Origin: Hyaloraphidium curvatum SAG 235-1
Lineage: Eukaryota; Fungi; Monoblepharomycota
Direction: 5' to 3'
Length of the DNA: 64,000 bases
Assembly: GCA_025558095.1 (NCBI GenBank)
Contig: JAIVFI010000006.1
Location: forward strand, 186,001-250,000
Shown one piece after another: positions 10,985-22,506 of the stretch (position 1 is the first letter of the stretch; each line of letters opens with the position of its first letter). The notes beneath the pieces are model-generated. The model searched no databases, was not told the origin of the DNA, and saw only the letters and a program-made list of their open reading frames with translations. A program made the position numbers and the translations under genes.

Positions 10985-12763
10985 TCAAACGCACCGATCC
11001 GCATCCTTCCCGTACGCTTCCTCCTCCCTCCTCGCCAGCCGCTCCAGCCTTCCCTCCTGCGCCGCGACCCTCCCCTGGAGCTCCTCGAGCTTTTCCGCCG
11101 CCCGCTTGAGGTGGTCGGACATCTGCCCGCAGAGCGCCTTGAGCGCCCTCCTCTCCTCCTTCAGCCTGCCCAGATCCGCTTCCATGCGCCCGCGGACGTC
11201 CCGCAACGCCACGATCTCCCTCTGGAGGGAAACCGCCTCCCCCTCAAGCGAGCGCAGCTCCTCTGCGACCCTCCGCGCGCGCTCCTCCGCCTCGCCGCCC
11301 TCCCGCCCCGATGGGAGGCCGTGCATCAGCGCAAGCAGGATCTTGCACGCCCTATGCAGGTATGTCGGCGAGAACGAGGGCGGGGGCTGCTCCAGCTCCG
11401 GCGGGGGCGACGGATCCGCCGCCTCCACGACCGCCGCCCGGAGCTTCCCCGCGAGGGAAAAGAGGTTCCCCGAAAGGCGCTTCCAGTCCTCCTGCAGCGC
11501 GGCGCGGGCCTGCGCCAGCCCCGCGCCGTCCTCGGGCCCCCGCGGGGCGCGGAGCTGCGCCACGAGGCCGGCCTTTTCCCTGCGCAGGGCATCGATCGTC
11601 CCGCGCTGCTCCTCGACCGTGCGGCGGAGATGGTCCGCCACCGCCGGCCCAGCGGGCTGCGCCTCGGCAGCGCGGAGGCGGGACTCCTGGGCCGAGAGCG
11701 CGGCGAGCAGGTCGCCGACCTCTTTTGCGCGGGCGTTCTTCTCCGCGTCCAGGTGGTCCTGTGCGAGATCGAGCTCGTGGACGGTGCGGCGGAGCTCTTC
11801 ATGCGCGCGGGCGAGGTCATCGTGGGCGCGGGCCAGGTCCGAGCGGGCCTGGGAGAGCTCGTAGAGGGCGGAATCGGGTTCGGGGGGATGGTGTCCGGCG
11901 TGCTCGAGCTCGTCGCGGGCCCGGTCGAGCTCGTGGCGGGTCTGTTCGAGGTCCTCGCGCGTCCTGTCGAGGTCCTCGCGGACCCTGTCGAAGTCGTCCC
12001 TCGTCCTTTCGAGGTCATCTCTGGTCTGCTCCAGCTCGCCGCGCGTCCGCTCCAGCTCGTCCCTGGTCCCCTCCAGCTCGTCCTGGCTGCGGGTAAGCGC
12101 GTCCTGCGCATGACGCAGATCCTCCTTTGCCCCCTGTAGGTCCTCTTTAGACCTCTGGAGCTCATCTCGGAGCGCCTCGGCCTCCCGCTTGGCGGCCTCG
12201 AGCTCGGCCGCCCACTTCCCTTCAGCTTCCCCGTAGTCCCCGTCGTAGAAGAAGCCCTCCTCGGCGTCGTCGAAATAGTCGTCGTCGTCCGACAGATCCA
12301 GCTCCTCGAGCTGCCTGCCCAGCCCCGGCGTTCCCGGCCTAGCGGGCGTTCCCGGCGTCCCAGGCGTGCCCAGGTCCGCCAACCGCTGCCTGCCGGCCGA
12401 GCGTGCGCCGCGAGCGGCCAGTGCGAAAGGAGCAAAGGGAGTGCCCGGCTTGGCGGGCGTGCCTCTGCCGGGAGTGCCGCCGGGCGTGCCGCGCCTGTTT
12501 GGCGTGCCGTTCCGCCGCAGCGCCGTGTCGAAGTCGCGGCGCGCCAGCTTTCCCTTCAGCGACGCGATATCGGCGTCGCGCACGTTGATTTCGTGGCGCA
12601 GCTGCTCGATCACGAGCCGCGCTTTGGGGTCGCCGGGGCCCTCGGGGACGACCACGAGAGAGCGGTCCAGCGCGGCCGACGCGGCGTCCGCGCCCCACCC
12701 GTCGCCGCCGTGCGGCGTCCGCAGGTCGGCCGCCGTGAGCGGAGGGGAGCCGCGGGCGCCCAT
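10985..12763 (-). CDS. Long coiled-coil protein with heptad tandem repeats and GTP(G/A) proline-directed motif cluster
   Basis: ORF 10985..12892 with a likely start at MGARGSPP. It carries DELERTR-type heptads, many TP motifs and an acidic patch. Confidence 0.6.
   Translation of the reverse strand: MGARGSPPLTAADLRTPHGGDGWGADAASAALDRSLVVVPEGPGDPKARLVIEQLRHEINVRDADIASLKGKLARRDFDTALRRNGTPNRRGTPGGTPGRGTPAKPGTPFAPFALAARGARSAGRQRLADLGTPGTPGTPARPGTPGLGRQLEELDLSDDDDYFDDAEEGFFYDGDYGEAEGKWAAELEAAKREAEALRDELQRSKEDLQGAKEDLRHAQDALTRSQDELEGTRDELERTRGELEQTRDDLERTRDDFDRVREDLDRTREDLEQTRHELDRARDELEHAGHHPPEPDSALYELSQARSDLARAHDDLARAHEELRRTVHELDLAQDHLDAEKNARAKEVGDLLAALSAQESRLRAAEAQPAGPAVADHLRRTVEEQRGTIDALRREKAGLVAQLRAPRGPEDGAGLAQARAALQEDWKRLSGNLFSLAGKLRAAVVEAADPSPPPELEQPPPSFSPTYLHRACKILLALMHGLPSGREGGEAEERARRVAEELRSLEGEAVSLQREIVALRDVRGRMEADLGRLKEERRALKALCGQMSDHLKRAAEKLEELQGRVAAQEGRLERLARREEEAYGKDADRCV
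11900..12165 (-). repeat. Degenerate 21-nt coding tandem repeat (heptad D/E-L-E-R-T-R-D)
   Basis: EDLQGAKEDLRHAQDALTRSQDELEGTRDELERTRGELEQTRDDLERTRDDFDRVREDLDRTREDLEQTRHELDRARDELE. Confidence 0.7.
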
Positions 12764-12888
12764 GTTGGGAAAAGCGATTTGGATTCGGGGTGGTTGCGCA
12801 CTGCAAAGCAGGCGGCCGCGGTCCCGACACCGGAGGCGTCCGTCGAATCTGTCCCCTTCTTTTAGCGCCCTGTCTGCCATATCGCCCG

Positions 12889-14508
12889 TCACGACTGCTC
12901 TTCTTCAGCGCCGCCCACCGCCCTCTCCATTGCCCTCTTGGATTCCGCCTCCAGGTCCAACTTGGCCCACAGGTGCACCCCCATCGCCCCCGCGACAATG
13001 TAGAGCGCGGCCGTCAGCCCGATCCACAGCCCTGCGAGGCCCATGTCGAACTTGAACGCTAGCACGAGGGCCAGCGGGAGGCCAAAGGCGTAGTAGGCTG
13101 CCGCGTTGACAGCCGCGCCCATCTCCTGGAGCCCAACGCCGCGCACGACGCCGCCAAAGACGAGCTGCAGGGAGTCGGCGGGTTGGCTGCAACGCTGATC
13201 AGCACCGGAGCAAACAGTGTGGAGGCAAGCGGCGACCCACATGACAGCGGCGGGGATGAGCAGCGCCGAAATCAGCCTTTGGACATCCTTGTCCTCGGCA
13301 TCAAAAAGCCTCCCCCAGAAATCGTCGATCCTCGCAGCAAGCAGCAAGCACGGGTTCACCACGCAGCCGTAAACGAGCCCGAGCACCATCGAAGCCCTTA
13401 TCACCCTCGCCGCGACCCTTGGCCTCCCCGCCCCCAGCGCGTTCCCGACCGCGTTGGCCGACGCGATCGACAGCCCGAACGGGAGCTGGTAGTTGAGCGT
13501 CAGGGTCAGCAGGATCACGCTCTGCGCCGCCAGCGCCGCCGGCGAGATAAGCCCCGCGGCGAGGGCGAGCACCTCGTAGGCCCAGTACTCGCTGCCGAGC
13601 ATGAAGATGCCCGGCACGGCGAGGCGGAGCATTTCGCGCGCACCGCGGGGGGAGAGCACGCGCGGGGAGAACCAGGATCCCCAGGTGTCGCGGCCGATGC
13701 CGAACAGGTAGATGGCGAGGAAGAACAGCAGCGGCTGGATGGCGTAGGTGACAGACAGCGTGAGCGCGGGCCCCACGAACCCCAGCCTTTGGGTCATGAA
13801 CCACGCCAGCGCGACGTGCTGCGGCGTGGAAAACAGCTGCACGGCAAAGTGCACGCGCATCCACCCCAAACTCTGAAGGTACTTCTTCAGCGTCTCGCTG
13901 ACCAGGTTCGGAAACAGCCCCAGCGCGCACGCGAGCACGTAACGTCCGGCCATGGATGCCAGTTCGGGGTCCTGGCCCAGCATTCGGAGCGCGGCGGGGG
14001 TGAGCGTCCACAGCGCGGCGATGGGGAGGGTGAGGAGGAAGGAAAACACGATGCCGCGCTGGAGGAGCACGGAGAGCAGGTGCGGATCGGCCGGCAGGCG
14101 GGGCTTGAGCAGTGCCGTGCGCTCGTCCGTGCCGGCCTCAGGGTCCGCGGCCTCGGTACCGTTGCCGTCCACTACTTCGGCACCCTCCAACGCCCCCACG
14201 GCCTGGCTCATCAGCGTGTCCATGGCCAGCAGCGCGCCCCAGCCGACGTAGAGCCCCGTGCAGTTGAACACCATGATGGCCAGCGTCCCGGAAGCAAGCT
14301 CCTTGGTACCCAGCGTGCCCAGGAAATAGGTGTTGCTGAAAGGCACGGCGACCTGGAGGAGGTAGCCCAGGCTGACGGGAAGGCCGTTCCAGAGCAGGCC
14401 GCCAATGTCGGAAGCGAATCCGCCGACATCGGGGTCAGGTTCTGCCGGAACGCCGCCGGATGTACTTGGATTCGCGTCTGCGGGCTCTTCTATCGTGCCA
14501 GACATATG
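12889..14508 (-). CDS. MATE family efflux transporter (ERC1/SLC47-like)
   Basis: LGTLGTKELASGTLA, AMDTLMSQAVGA, LKKYLQSLG, SEYWAYEVLALAAG, VGNALGAG, GVVRGVGLQ...AYYAFGLP. One short intron near 13180-13220. Confidence 0.9.
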   Translation of the reverse strand, partial: HMSGTIEEPADANPSTSGGVPAEPDPDVGGFASDIGGLLWNGLPVSLGYLLQVAVPFSNTYFLGTLGTKELASGTLAIMVFNCTGLYVGWGALLAMDTLMSQAVGALEGAEVVDGNGTEAADPEAGTDERTALLKPRLPADPHLLSVLLQRGIVFSFLLTLPIAALWTLTPAALRMLGQDPELASMAGRYVLACALGLFPNLVSETLKKYLQSLGWMRVHFAVQLFSTPQHVALAWFMTQRLGFVGPALTLSVTYAIQPLLFFLAIYLFGIGRDTWGSWFSPRVLSPRGAREMLRLAVPGIFMLGSEYWAYEVLALAAGLISPAALAAQSVILLTLTLNYQLPFGLSIASANAVGNALGAGRPRVAARVIRASMVLGLVYGCVVNPCLLLAARIDDFWGRLFDAEDKDVQRLISALLIPAAVMWVAACLHTVCSGADQRCSQPADSLQLVFGGVVRGVGLQEMGAAVNAAAYYAFGLPLALVLAFKFDMGLAGLWIGLTAALYIVAGAMGVHLWAKLDLEAESKRAMERAVGGAEEEQS

Positions 14509-14781
14509 GAACCGACCCGCGTTAGGCGATCGCGGACGACGGGGCTCCGGGGAGACCAACGAGACCGTTCGGCGGCCGATCACAATCGCGATCCCCACCG
14601 GCCACCAAGGGCGATCAGCGCGCCCGATCTCGTGCTCCGTTGACAACGACGAGATGCAATTTGAGCAGACAACTTATCTACACTCTACGAAGTGCGCCCG
14701 AACCGAACCAATAGCATGCAGTGGCCACCGATGTCCGCCCGTGCCGGGTATCCCCTCTTCGCGACGATCCCGACGCGGCGC

Positions 14782-16885
<2,104 letters not shown>

Positions 16886-17110
16886 ACCACGCGCGGACGG
16901 CCGCGGATCCGAGTCTGGGGGCCGGGGGGGTTTCGAGAGAAAATCAACCGTCACGGCGCCGCACCACTCGGGACGCAAGGCCCGCCGGTTCGCGCGGCAC
17001 TCCGATCGCCCGGACGCAGCTGGAGTCAATCTCTCCAAATTTTGCTTCTTTGGACGATGAAGGCCGCGATGCCTAGGAATCTCGCTGGATGCCAGTGAAA
17101 CGGACCGCGG

Positions 17111-18088
17111 ATGTCGTCCGCCGCTCGGCATCTTCTCGCCATAGGAACCGCGGTCGTCCTGATCTTTGCGGTTTTCCAAGTCGGATATTCGTTCGGCTCG
17201 AGACGCTCTGAGGTCCCGGAGGATATCCAGATCGCGCACGATTCGGAGATTCGGCCTCCGCACGCGATTCCCCTATCGGTAGCGGCCTCCGCGGGGCGAG
17301 TTCCCGTCTTCGCGGATCCGTTCGGCACGGATGCCGCAAAGAACCTCTCTGGATTTCGCGATGGCCTCTACGCTGCCGTCGTGAAGGACTTTGAAGGCTG
17401 GAACCGGACCCGTGTTTCCCACGGGGAGTATGCCCTGTTCAAGGAGGTGGTCCGCTGCCCCCCAAACAGGCCGCACAAGCGATACGGCGGCTTTGGCGAC
17501 GGCGGCAAGATCCTCTGCCGGATGCCGGATGCCGCGGCGGCGGGCTGCACCGTCCTGTCGCTGGGCTCCCGGAACGACTTCACCTTCGAGACGGGGATGC
17601 TCGATGCCACGGGGTGCGACGTGGTGACGATGGACTGCTCCCACGATGCACAGTCCCTAGGCCCGCGCCACCAATTCCACAGAGTTTGCGTGGGGACGCC
17701 TGCCGGCGCGACAAAGCTGGACGCCTCGCTGTTCCTGCCCTACGACGAGGCCGTCGCCAAGTACGTCCGCTCCAAGATCGCAGTGCTCAAGATCGACATC
17801 GAGGGCTTCGAAACCCAGCTGCTCTCGTCCCTTCGCCCCGGCTTCCCGAACCTTCCCGAGCAGATCGCGCTGGAGATCCACCTGCTCGGCGACCGGAGCA
17901 AAAAACACGGCTTCGGATGGCCGGTGGTGGCCCACCAGGACCGCTACGACCTCGCACTCTTGTTCATGCACCTCGCCAACCTCGGCTACGCGGCGCATTC
18001 GCGGGAGATGAACCCGCTAGACGGCAGCTGCGCCGAGTACAGCTTTCTCCGGGTCGAGGCCGAAAGTGGTGGCGCTACAGATCGATAA
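17111..18088 (+). CDS. Membrane-anchored methyltransferase-domain protein (Methyltransf_22 / METTL24-like)
   Basis: N-terminal TM anchor; YGGFGDGGKILC, VLSLGSRNDFTFE, LKIDIEGFE, QIALEIH, CAEYSF. Confidence 0.8.
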   Translation: MSSAARHLLAIGTAVVLIFAVFQVGYSFGSRRSEVPEDIQIAHDSEIRPPHAIPLSVAASAGRVPVFADPFGTDAAKNLSGFRDGLYAAVVKDFEGWNRTRVSHGEYALFKEVVRCPPNRPHKRYGGFGDGGKILCRMPDAAAAGCTVLSLGSRNDFTFETGMLDATGCDVVTMDCSHDAQSLGPRHQFHRVCVGTPAGATKLDASLFLPYDEAVAKYVRSKIAVLKIDIEGFETQLLSSLRPGFPNLPEQIALEIHLLGDRSKKHGFGWPVVAHQDRYDLALLFMHLANLGYAAHSREMNPLDGSCAEYSFLRVEAESGGATDR

Positions 18089-18238
18089 TGATATAAGGGT
18101 GGGAGAGCGAGGGATTCGATTGAGTGTGGGCGAAGAGTGAGAGCAGGACTGATCACGCATAGAATTCGAAGAACTTTGTCAATACACACACATTACGAAG
18201 CAAACGGCGCCCAAAAATCATCCACCAAACGCGGCACT

Positions 18239-19853
18239 CTATGCCTCGGCAGCCACATCGGCACCCTCCTCCGCGGGCGCCTCCTCCGCGGGCGCCTCCT
18301 CCGCGGGCGCCTCCACGGTCTCGGCGCCCTCCGCCGCCACCTCGAACTCCACCTCCCCGCCCTGCCCTTCCGCGTTGTACGCCGCCTCGGTCCTCCGGAT
18401 TTCCCAATCGTGCCACCACGAGTCCTTGGTCGCCTTGTGCCCGGGCCCGATCAGGTCCTCCTCCGACACCCCCAGCTCGGCCATCATCTCCTCCCGCAGT
18501 GCGTTCATCCGCTCCGCCGCCTCGTCCTTCCATCCGGGGTTGGCCGCCTCGAACGCCTCCCAGATGGGCCGCTCGGCGGGGTTGACGAGGGAAAAGATCC
18601 ACGGGACCATGGTGTCCACGGTGACGTTGTACCGCTGGTCGCGGAGGATCTTGGAGAGGATGTTGCGGCGCTTGTCCTTGAGGTGGGGGCCCTTGCGGTC
18701 GCCAAAGATGCCGGTGCGGTAGAAGTAGCTGATGGTGAGCGAGTCCTTGTCGCGGAAGGGGCAGAAGAGGATCACGCCTTGGCGGAGGGCCTCGACGCGC
18801 TCCTGCGTCCTGTGGGCAAAGAATCACCACCGTCAGAACGGAAGCGCATCCGACGGCGCACCCCCGAGCCCACCAGTAATCCCTGTCCTTAGGCCCCCTT
18901 GTCCTCTGCACGGCCGTCCCGTCGGCGGCAAAGTCGCTGACGTCCGCCCCCCTCTTGCCCCCGATCTCGCCCTCCACGTCGTTCCGGAAGTCCTTGTTCA
19001 GGGTCGACACCTGCGCGATGCCCTCCATCTCGAGGGTGGCGAAGAAATCGAGGACGCGGTCCCAGTGGTCCTGCGCGATGATGTAGATTTTGTCGTCGAT
19101 CTTGAGCTTGCGCGTGGGGAGGACGAGGGCCTCGCGGCGGGGCCCGGGAGGTCGGCCTGAGGGTGAATACGACGAACAGGTCGTCAAGCTTTGGGAATCG
19201 ACGACGCCTCGGAACCACCCACCCCGCTTCCTCTTGAACGGCTCCTCCGAGTAGCTCGAGAAGCCCGGCTGGGGCGACGTCCACTCCAGGCTGATCTCCT
19301 GCTGCCCGTACTCCTCCCCGCCCTCGGCGTAGGATTCGTCGGCGGGCGAGCCAAAGTCCACGCCGGCGCCGGCGACGGCGTGCTCGACGTCCTGCATGAG
19401 CTGCTCGTCGTCGACAGCGGGCGTCTGGCCCCTGTGGACGGCAAAACGCGGGTCAGACGGTGCGTCAAAAAGCGGGCAGTGCGAGACAAACCTGAGCGCG
19501 CTACGGCCTGCGTCGAGGTCGCTGACGAGCTCGAGCACCCGCGGGTCGGCGATTTCGGGCGCGTGCTCGGCGGTCTCGGCCGCTTCGTGCTCCTCGTGCA
19601 CCTCGTGCACCTCCTCGGCCTCGGGGACTGCCTCGAGCGCCTTCTTCTTCTTCCTGCCGCGCTTGGCGGCCGGCGCGGCCGACTGCGACCCGTCCGAGTC
19701 CTGCACCACGTCCCTGTTCCTCAGCTCCAGCACGTCCTGCTCGCCCTCCTCGGCGGACAGCCCGGCGGCGCGCTCGGCATGCAGCTCGCCCGCCGAGTCA
19801 GCGCCGTCGTCGTGCTTGGCCTTCTTGGCCTTGCGCCCGGCCCTGCCGACCAT
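18239..19853 (-). CDS. Hypothetical nuclear protein, acidic, with an AT-hook formed across an intron
   Basis: NLS-like KRGRKKKK. Splicing from a GTGGGT donor (~19222) to a TCAG acceptor (~19157) gives KRKRGRPPG. The last exon is ORF 18239..18775. Confidence 0.5.
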
Positions 19854-20500
19854 GGACCCCCGGTCAGCGCCGTCCCCCGCGTCCCCGACGCCGCACCCAC
19901 CCCGCGTGCCCGGCATTTTCCACGGGAGCCTCGCCCTCGGCGGGTTCCGCGGCGTGCTTGCGGCTCTGCGGCGGGGAGTGCGTTAGGTTCCACCAACCCT
20001 GGAACCTAGGTTTTCTCCTCCTCCACCCTCGGTTTTCCGCCGGGCCGCGCAGACTCACTTTCTTGGGCGGCATCGCTCGGCCGCGCTGAGACGGACGCCG
20101 GTCGGCGGCCGCGGTCGGCGGGGCGCGGAACGGCGCCGCGCTGTTTGTGTGCCGCGGCGGGCGCGGCTGCGAAGGGCGGAGGGCGAGGGCGCCGGCGGTC
20201 GGCGCGGGGAGCGGTGTTTGTCGGTTCGGCGAGGCGGGCCGCGGGCGGCAGACGCGGGGCGAGGCTGTTCCGCGGTGGATGTCTCGTCTGCGGCTGCGGC
20301 ACTCGGTTGGAGAAACGGTTGGCGGCGGCGAGAGGCGCGGCGGGGAGGCGCGGAAGCCCAGTTCTCCCTTCTCCGTTCCCGAACCTCTGCAACGCCGTTT
20401 TCTGCCCTCCTTTCTACTCTTTCCTTCTCTCTTTGACGTCTACCTTCATTACTGTACTGCTTCTGGGTCTCCAGGCCCTCTCCCTTCTTCCCACGACCGA

Positions 20501-21235
20501 TCATCGCCCGGACGCCCCGTCGGCGCCGGCCCCCATCAAGTGCTCGGGCCTCAGCTCTTCCAGCCCGCCCCAGAGCAGCACGTGTGCCCCCTCCCCGCGG
20601 TCCCTCAGCCTCTCCATCTCCCCCCGGTCCAGCCGCGGATCCGGCACGCCGACGGTCCACATCCCCGCCGCCCGCGCGCTCCTCATCCCGCTCGCCGAAT
20701 CCTCGATCGCCACGCACCGCTCCGGCGGCACGCCCAGCATGTCCGCCGCGCAGAGGTAGATCGCCGGGTCCGGCTTGCCCTTCTTCCCCCTCATCACCGG
20801 ATCCGTCGCGCTCACGAGCACCGGGAACCGGTCAAACACCGGCATCATGTGCTCGTTGCTCTTGACGGCGATCAGCTCCCGGTCCGACGACGTGGCGATC
20901 GCCAGCTTCATTCCCAGCGCCGAACACGCGTCCGCTGCCTCCACCGCCCCTGCGCAGGGTCGCACGTCCCGCAGCGCGGGCAAGAGAATCCGGTCCCTCT
21001 CCGCGATGAATTCCTCCGGCGTCACGCGGCCGCCGAGCAACGCGGAGCACAGCTTGGCGCCTTCCAGCTCGGGGCGGCCGAGCAAATGAATGTGGTGCTC
21101 CTCGAAAGTATAAGGGCGGCTGAAGCCGAGCGAGGCCATGGCCGCCGCGTAGCAGCGGAAGTACACGGGCTCGGAATCGCAGAGGGTGCCATCGAGGTCG
21201 AAAATGGCAGCTAATGGGGGTTCTGGGGGAGGCAT
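20501..21235 (-). CDS. HAD-family phosphatase (HDHD1/PUDP, GS1-like)
   Basis: IFDLDGTLCDSE (motif I), AIATSS (II), GKPDPAIY (III), AIEDSASG (IV). Confidence 0.85.
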   Translation of the reverse strand: MPPPEPPLAAIFDLDGTLCDSEPVYFRCYAAAMASLGFSRPYTFEEHHIHLLGRPELEGAKLCSALLGGRVTPEEFIAERDRILLPALRDVRPCAGAVEAADACSALGMKLAIATSSDRELIAVKSNEHMMPVFDRFPVLVSATDPVMRGKKGKPDPAIYLCAADMLGVPPERCVAIEDSASGMRSARAAGMWTVGVPDPRLDRGEMERLRDRGEGAHVLLWGGLEELRPEHLMGAGADGASGR

Positions 21236-21435
21236 CGCGTGCCGGGAAATGTGCGTTCGCAGTCCGCCAGTCGGGATGCCGGGACCCGGCCAAGTAATGA
21301 CCGTCCGCCCAATCCGCGAGCAGACTCATTGATCGCAAGGTAGATCTTCATTGATCACAAGACAAATCTCAATTGCCTTTGTGCATGTGCCTGGTATTAC
21401 CCAATCATGTGTTACAACCACCGCACTGCAGTATC

Positions 21436-21859
21436 TTACGCTGCCGGCGGCATTTGCCCTTCGTTCGGAGGTCCCGCCACACGGTCTTCTTGATCGCGGT
21501 GCCGCTGACAAGTCGAAAATCCAACCTGGGCAGGATTTTTGCATTGCCTGTCTTCCTTGGTGGTACCCTGACATTTTGGTTTCTCGTCACGGTATGCTGC
21601 TTCAATCACTTCCGCATACGTTGCGGGTTCTTCATTTGTGGATGGTGTCGATCGTGAAGCCCGCTTGGCTTTCCTGGCCCGTGGTTTGGAAGGACCCGCA
21701 GTGGGAAGCAGCACTGCCACCGCATCCGGAACTGGCTGGGGAACATGCTCGGGTTCAGGCTCCTCCGCAGGCAGAGGCTGTTGATCGCGTAAGCCCTGAG
21801 ACTACAGAATCAACCGAATTGAGCTCACATGACTGTTGCAGACTCGCTCAAGCTCGGCA
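21436..21859 (-). pseudogene. 3' part of the glycosyltransferase gene split by the retrotransposon (intron 21778-21828; last exon with C-x9-C-x10-C-x2-H finger)
   Basis: Removing the element and one TSD copy restores ...TLAGQAAELERVCNSH. A GTGAGC...CAACAG 51-nt intron follows, then PLPAEEPEP...CQGTTKEDRQCKNPAQVGFSTCQRH...stop. Confidence 0.75.
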
Positions 21860-21863
21860 GCTT

Positions 21864-22339
21864 TGCGAAGGTACAGGACGTCTGACATTCGGACAAGGGT
21901 ATTTTCATTTTCGGTTCGGAGGCGTGGAGGCGTCGGTCCTCGCGATCGACTCGTGATCGACTCGCGATCGACTCGCGAGTGACTCGCGAGTCACTCGCGA
22001 GCGACTCGCGAGCGACTCGCAAGTGACTCGGCACAGCCACCCTCCTGGGATATATAAAGAGCGGGACATGTAACAGTACAATCTTGATCGCCAGTTGACT
22101 CTACGTGCTCTCCGTGTCGTTCGACCACCGTGCGGAACCCCGCCCGGCCGGATCCTCGTTCTGAGAGCCCTTGGGACGCACCCCGGGAGACATCCCGTAA
22201 CCTCTTTCCCCCGGCTACAGTCAAGTATCTTCAGCGCTGTTCGCTTATTCATATTCAGGGCCTATCCGACCCGAAGAGCCGAGCGGGATTCGCGCGCCGG
22301 GTTAGAGCTTCAGGCCCGGTTCCGACCCGGACCGTCGCA
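21864..22339 (+). repeat. 5' LTR (476 bp)
   Basis: Begins TGCGAAGGTAC and ends GGACCGTCGCA (imperfect terminal inverted repeat). No difference from the 3' LTR seen by eye; identical ORFs in the track at offset 10179. Confidence 0.97.
21939..22058 (+). promoter_or_regulatory. LTR U3 enhancer: ~8.5 x 11-bp CTCGCGA(G/T)NNA units followed by TATATAAA (22051-22058)
   Basis: ctcgcgatcga ctcgtgatcga ctcgcgatcga ctcgcgagtga ctcgcgagtca ctcgcgagcga ctcgcgagcga ctcgcaagtga ctcg; the TATA box lies ~20 bp downstream. Confidence 0.8.
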
Positions 22340-22340
22340 C

Positions 22341-22351
22341 TGGTCCGACCT
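22341..22351 (+). other. Primer-binding site TGGTCCGACCT (candidate tRNA-Tyr primer)
   Basis: Starts 1 nt after the LTR with TGG (complement of CCA). It is complementary to ...AGGTCGGA-CCA, the 3' end of CCGACCT-acceptor-stem tRNA-Tyr as known from plants. Confidence 0.65.
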
Positions 22352-22506
22352 CCGTGATCCTGCTCTCGGGTCTTCGACACCTCGTTCGACTTCAGTTTCG
22401 ACTTCGATAATCCAAAAACAACTTCGCCTGGCACCGGCGCTTGTCGACTGCCACTCTTTTCTGTCAACCGTATTCCGTCAACCAAGTTCATTCCCCTTCG
22501 CCAAAC

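Noticed and set aside
21939-22030. 11-bp repeat arrays as CRISPR or satellite
   Set aside because: The units are contiguous with no unique spacers and no cas genes, the context is eukaryotic, and the arrays lie inside LTR/promoter regions.
21905-22252. 115-aa ORF duplicated at 32084-32431
   Set aside because: It is an incidental frame within the LTRs, duplicated only because the LTR is.
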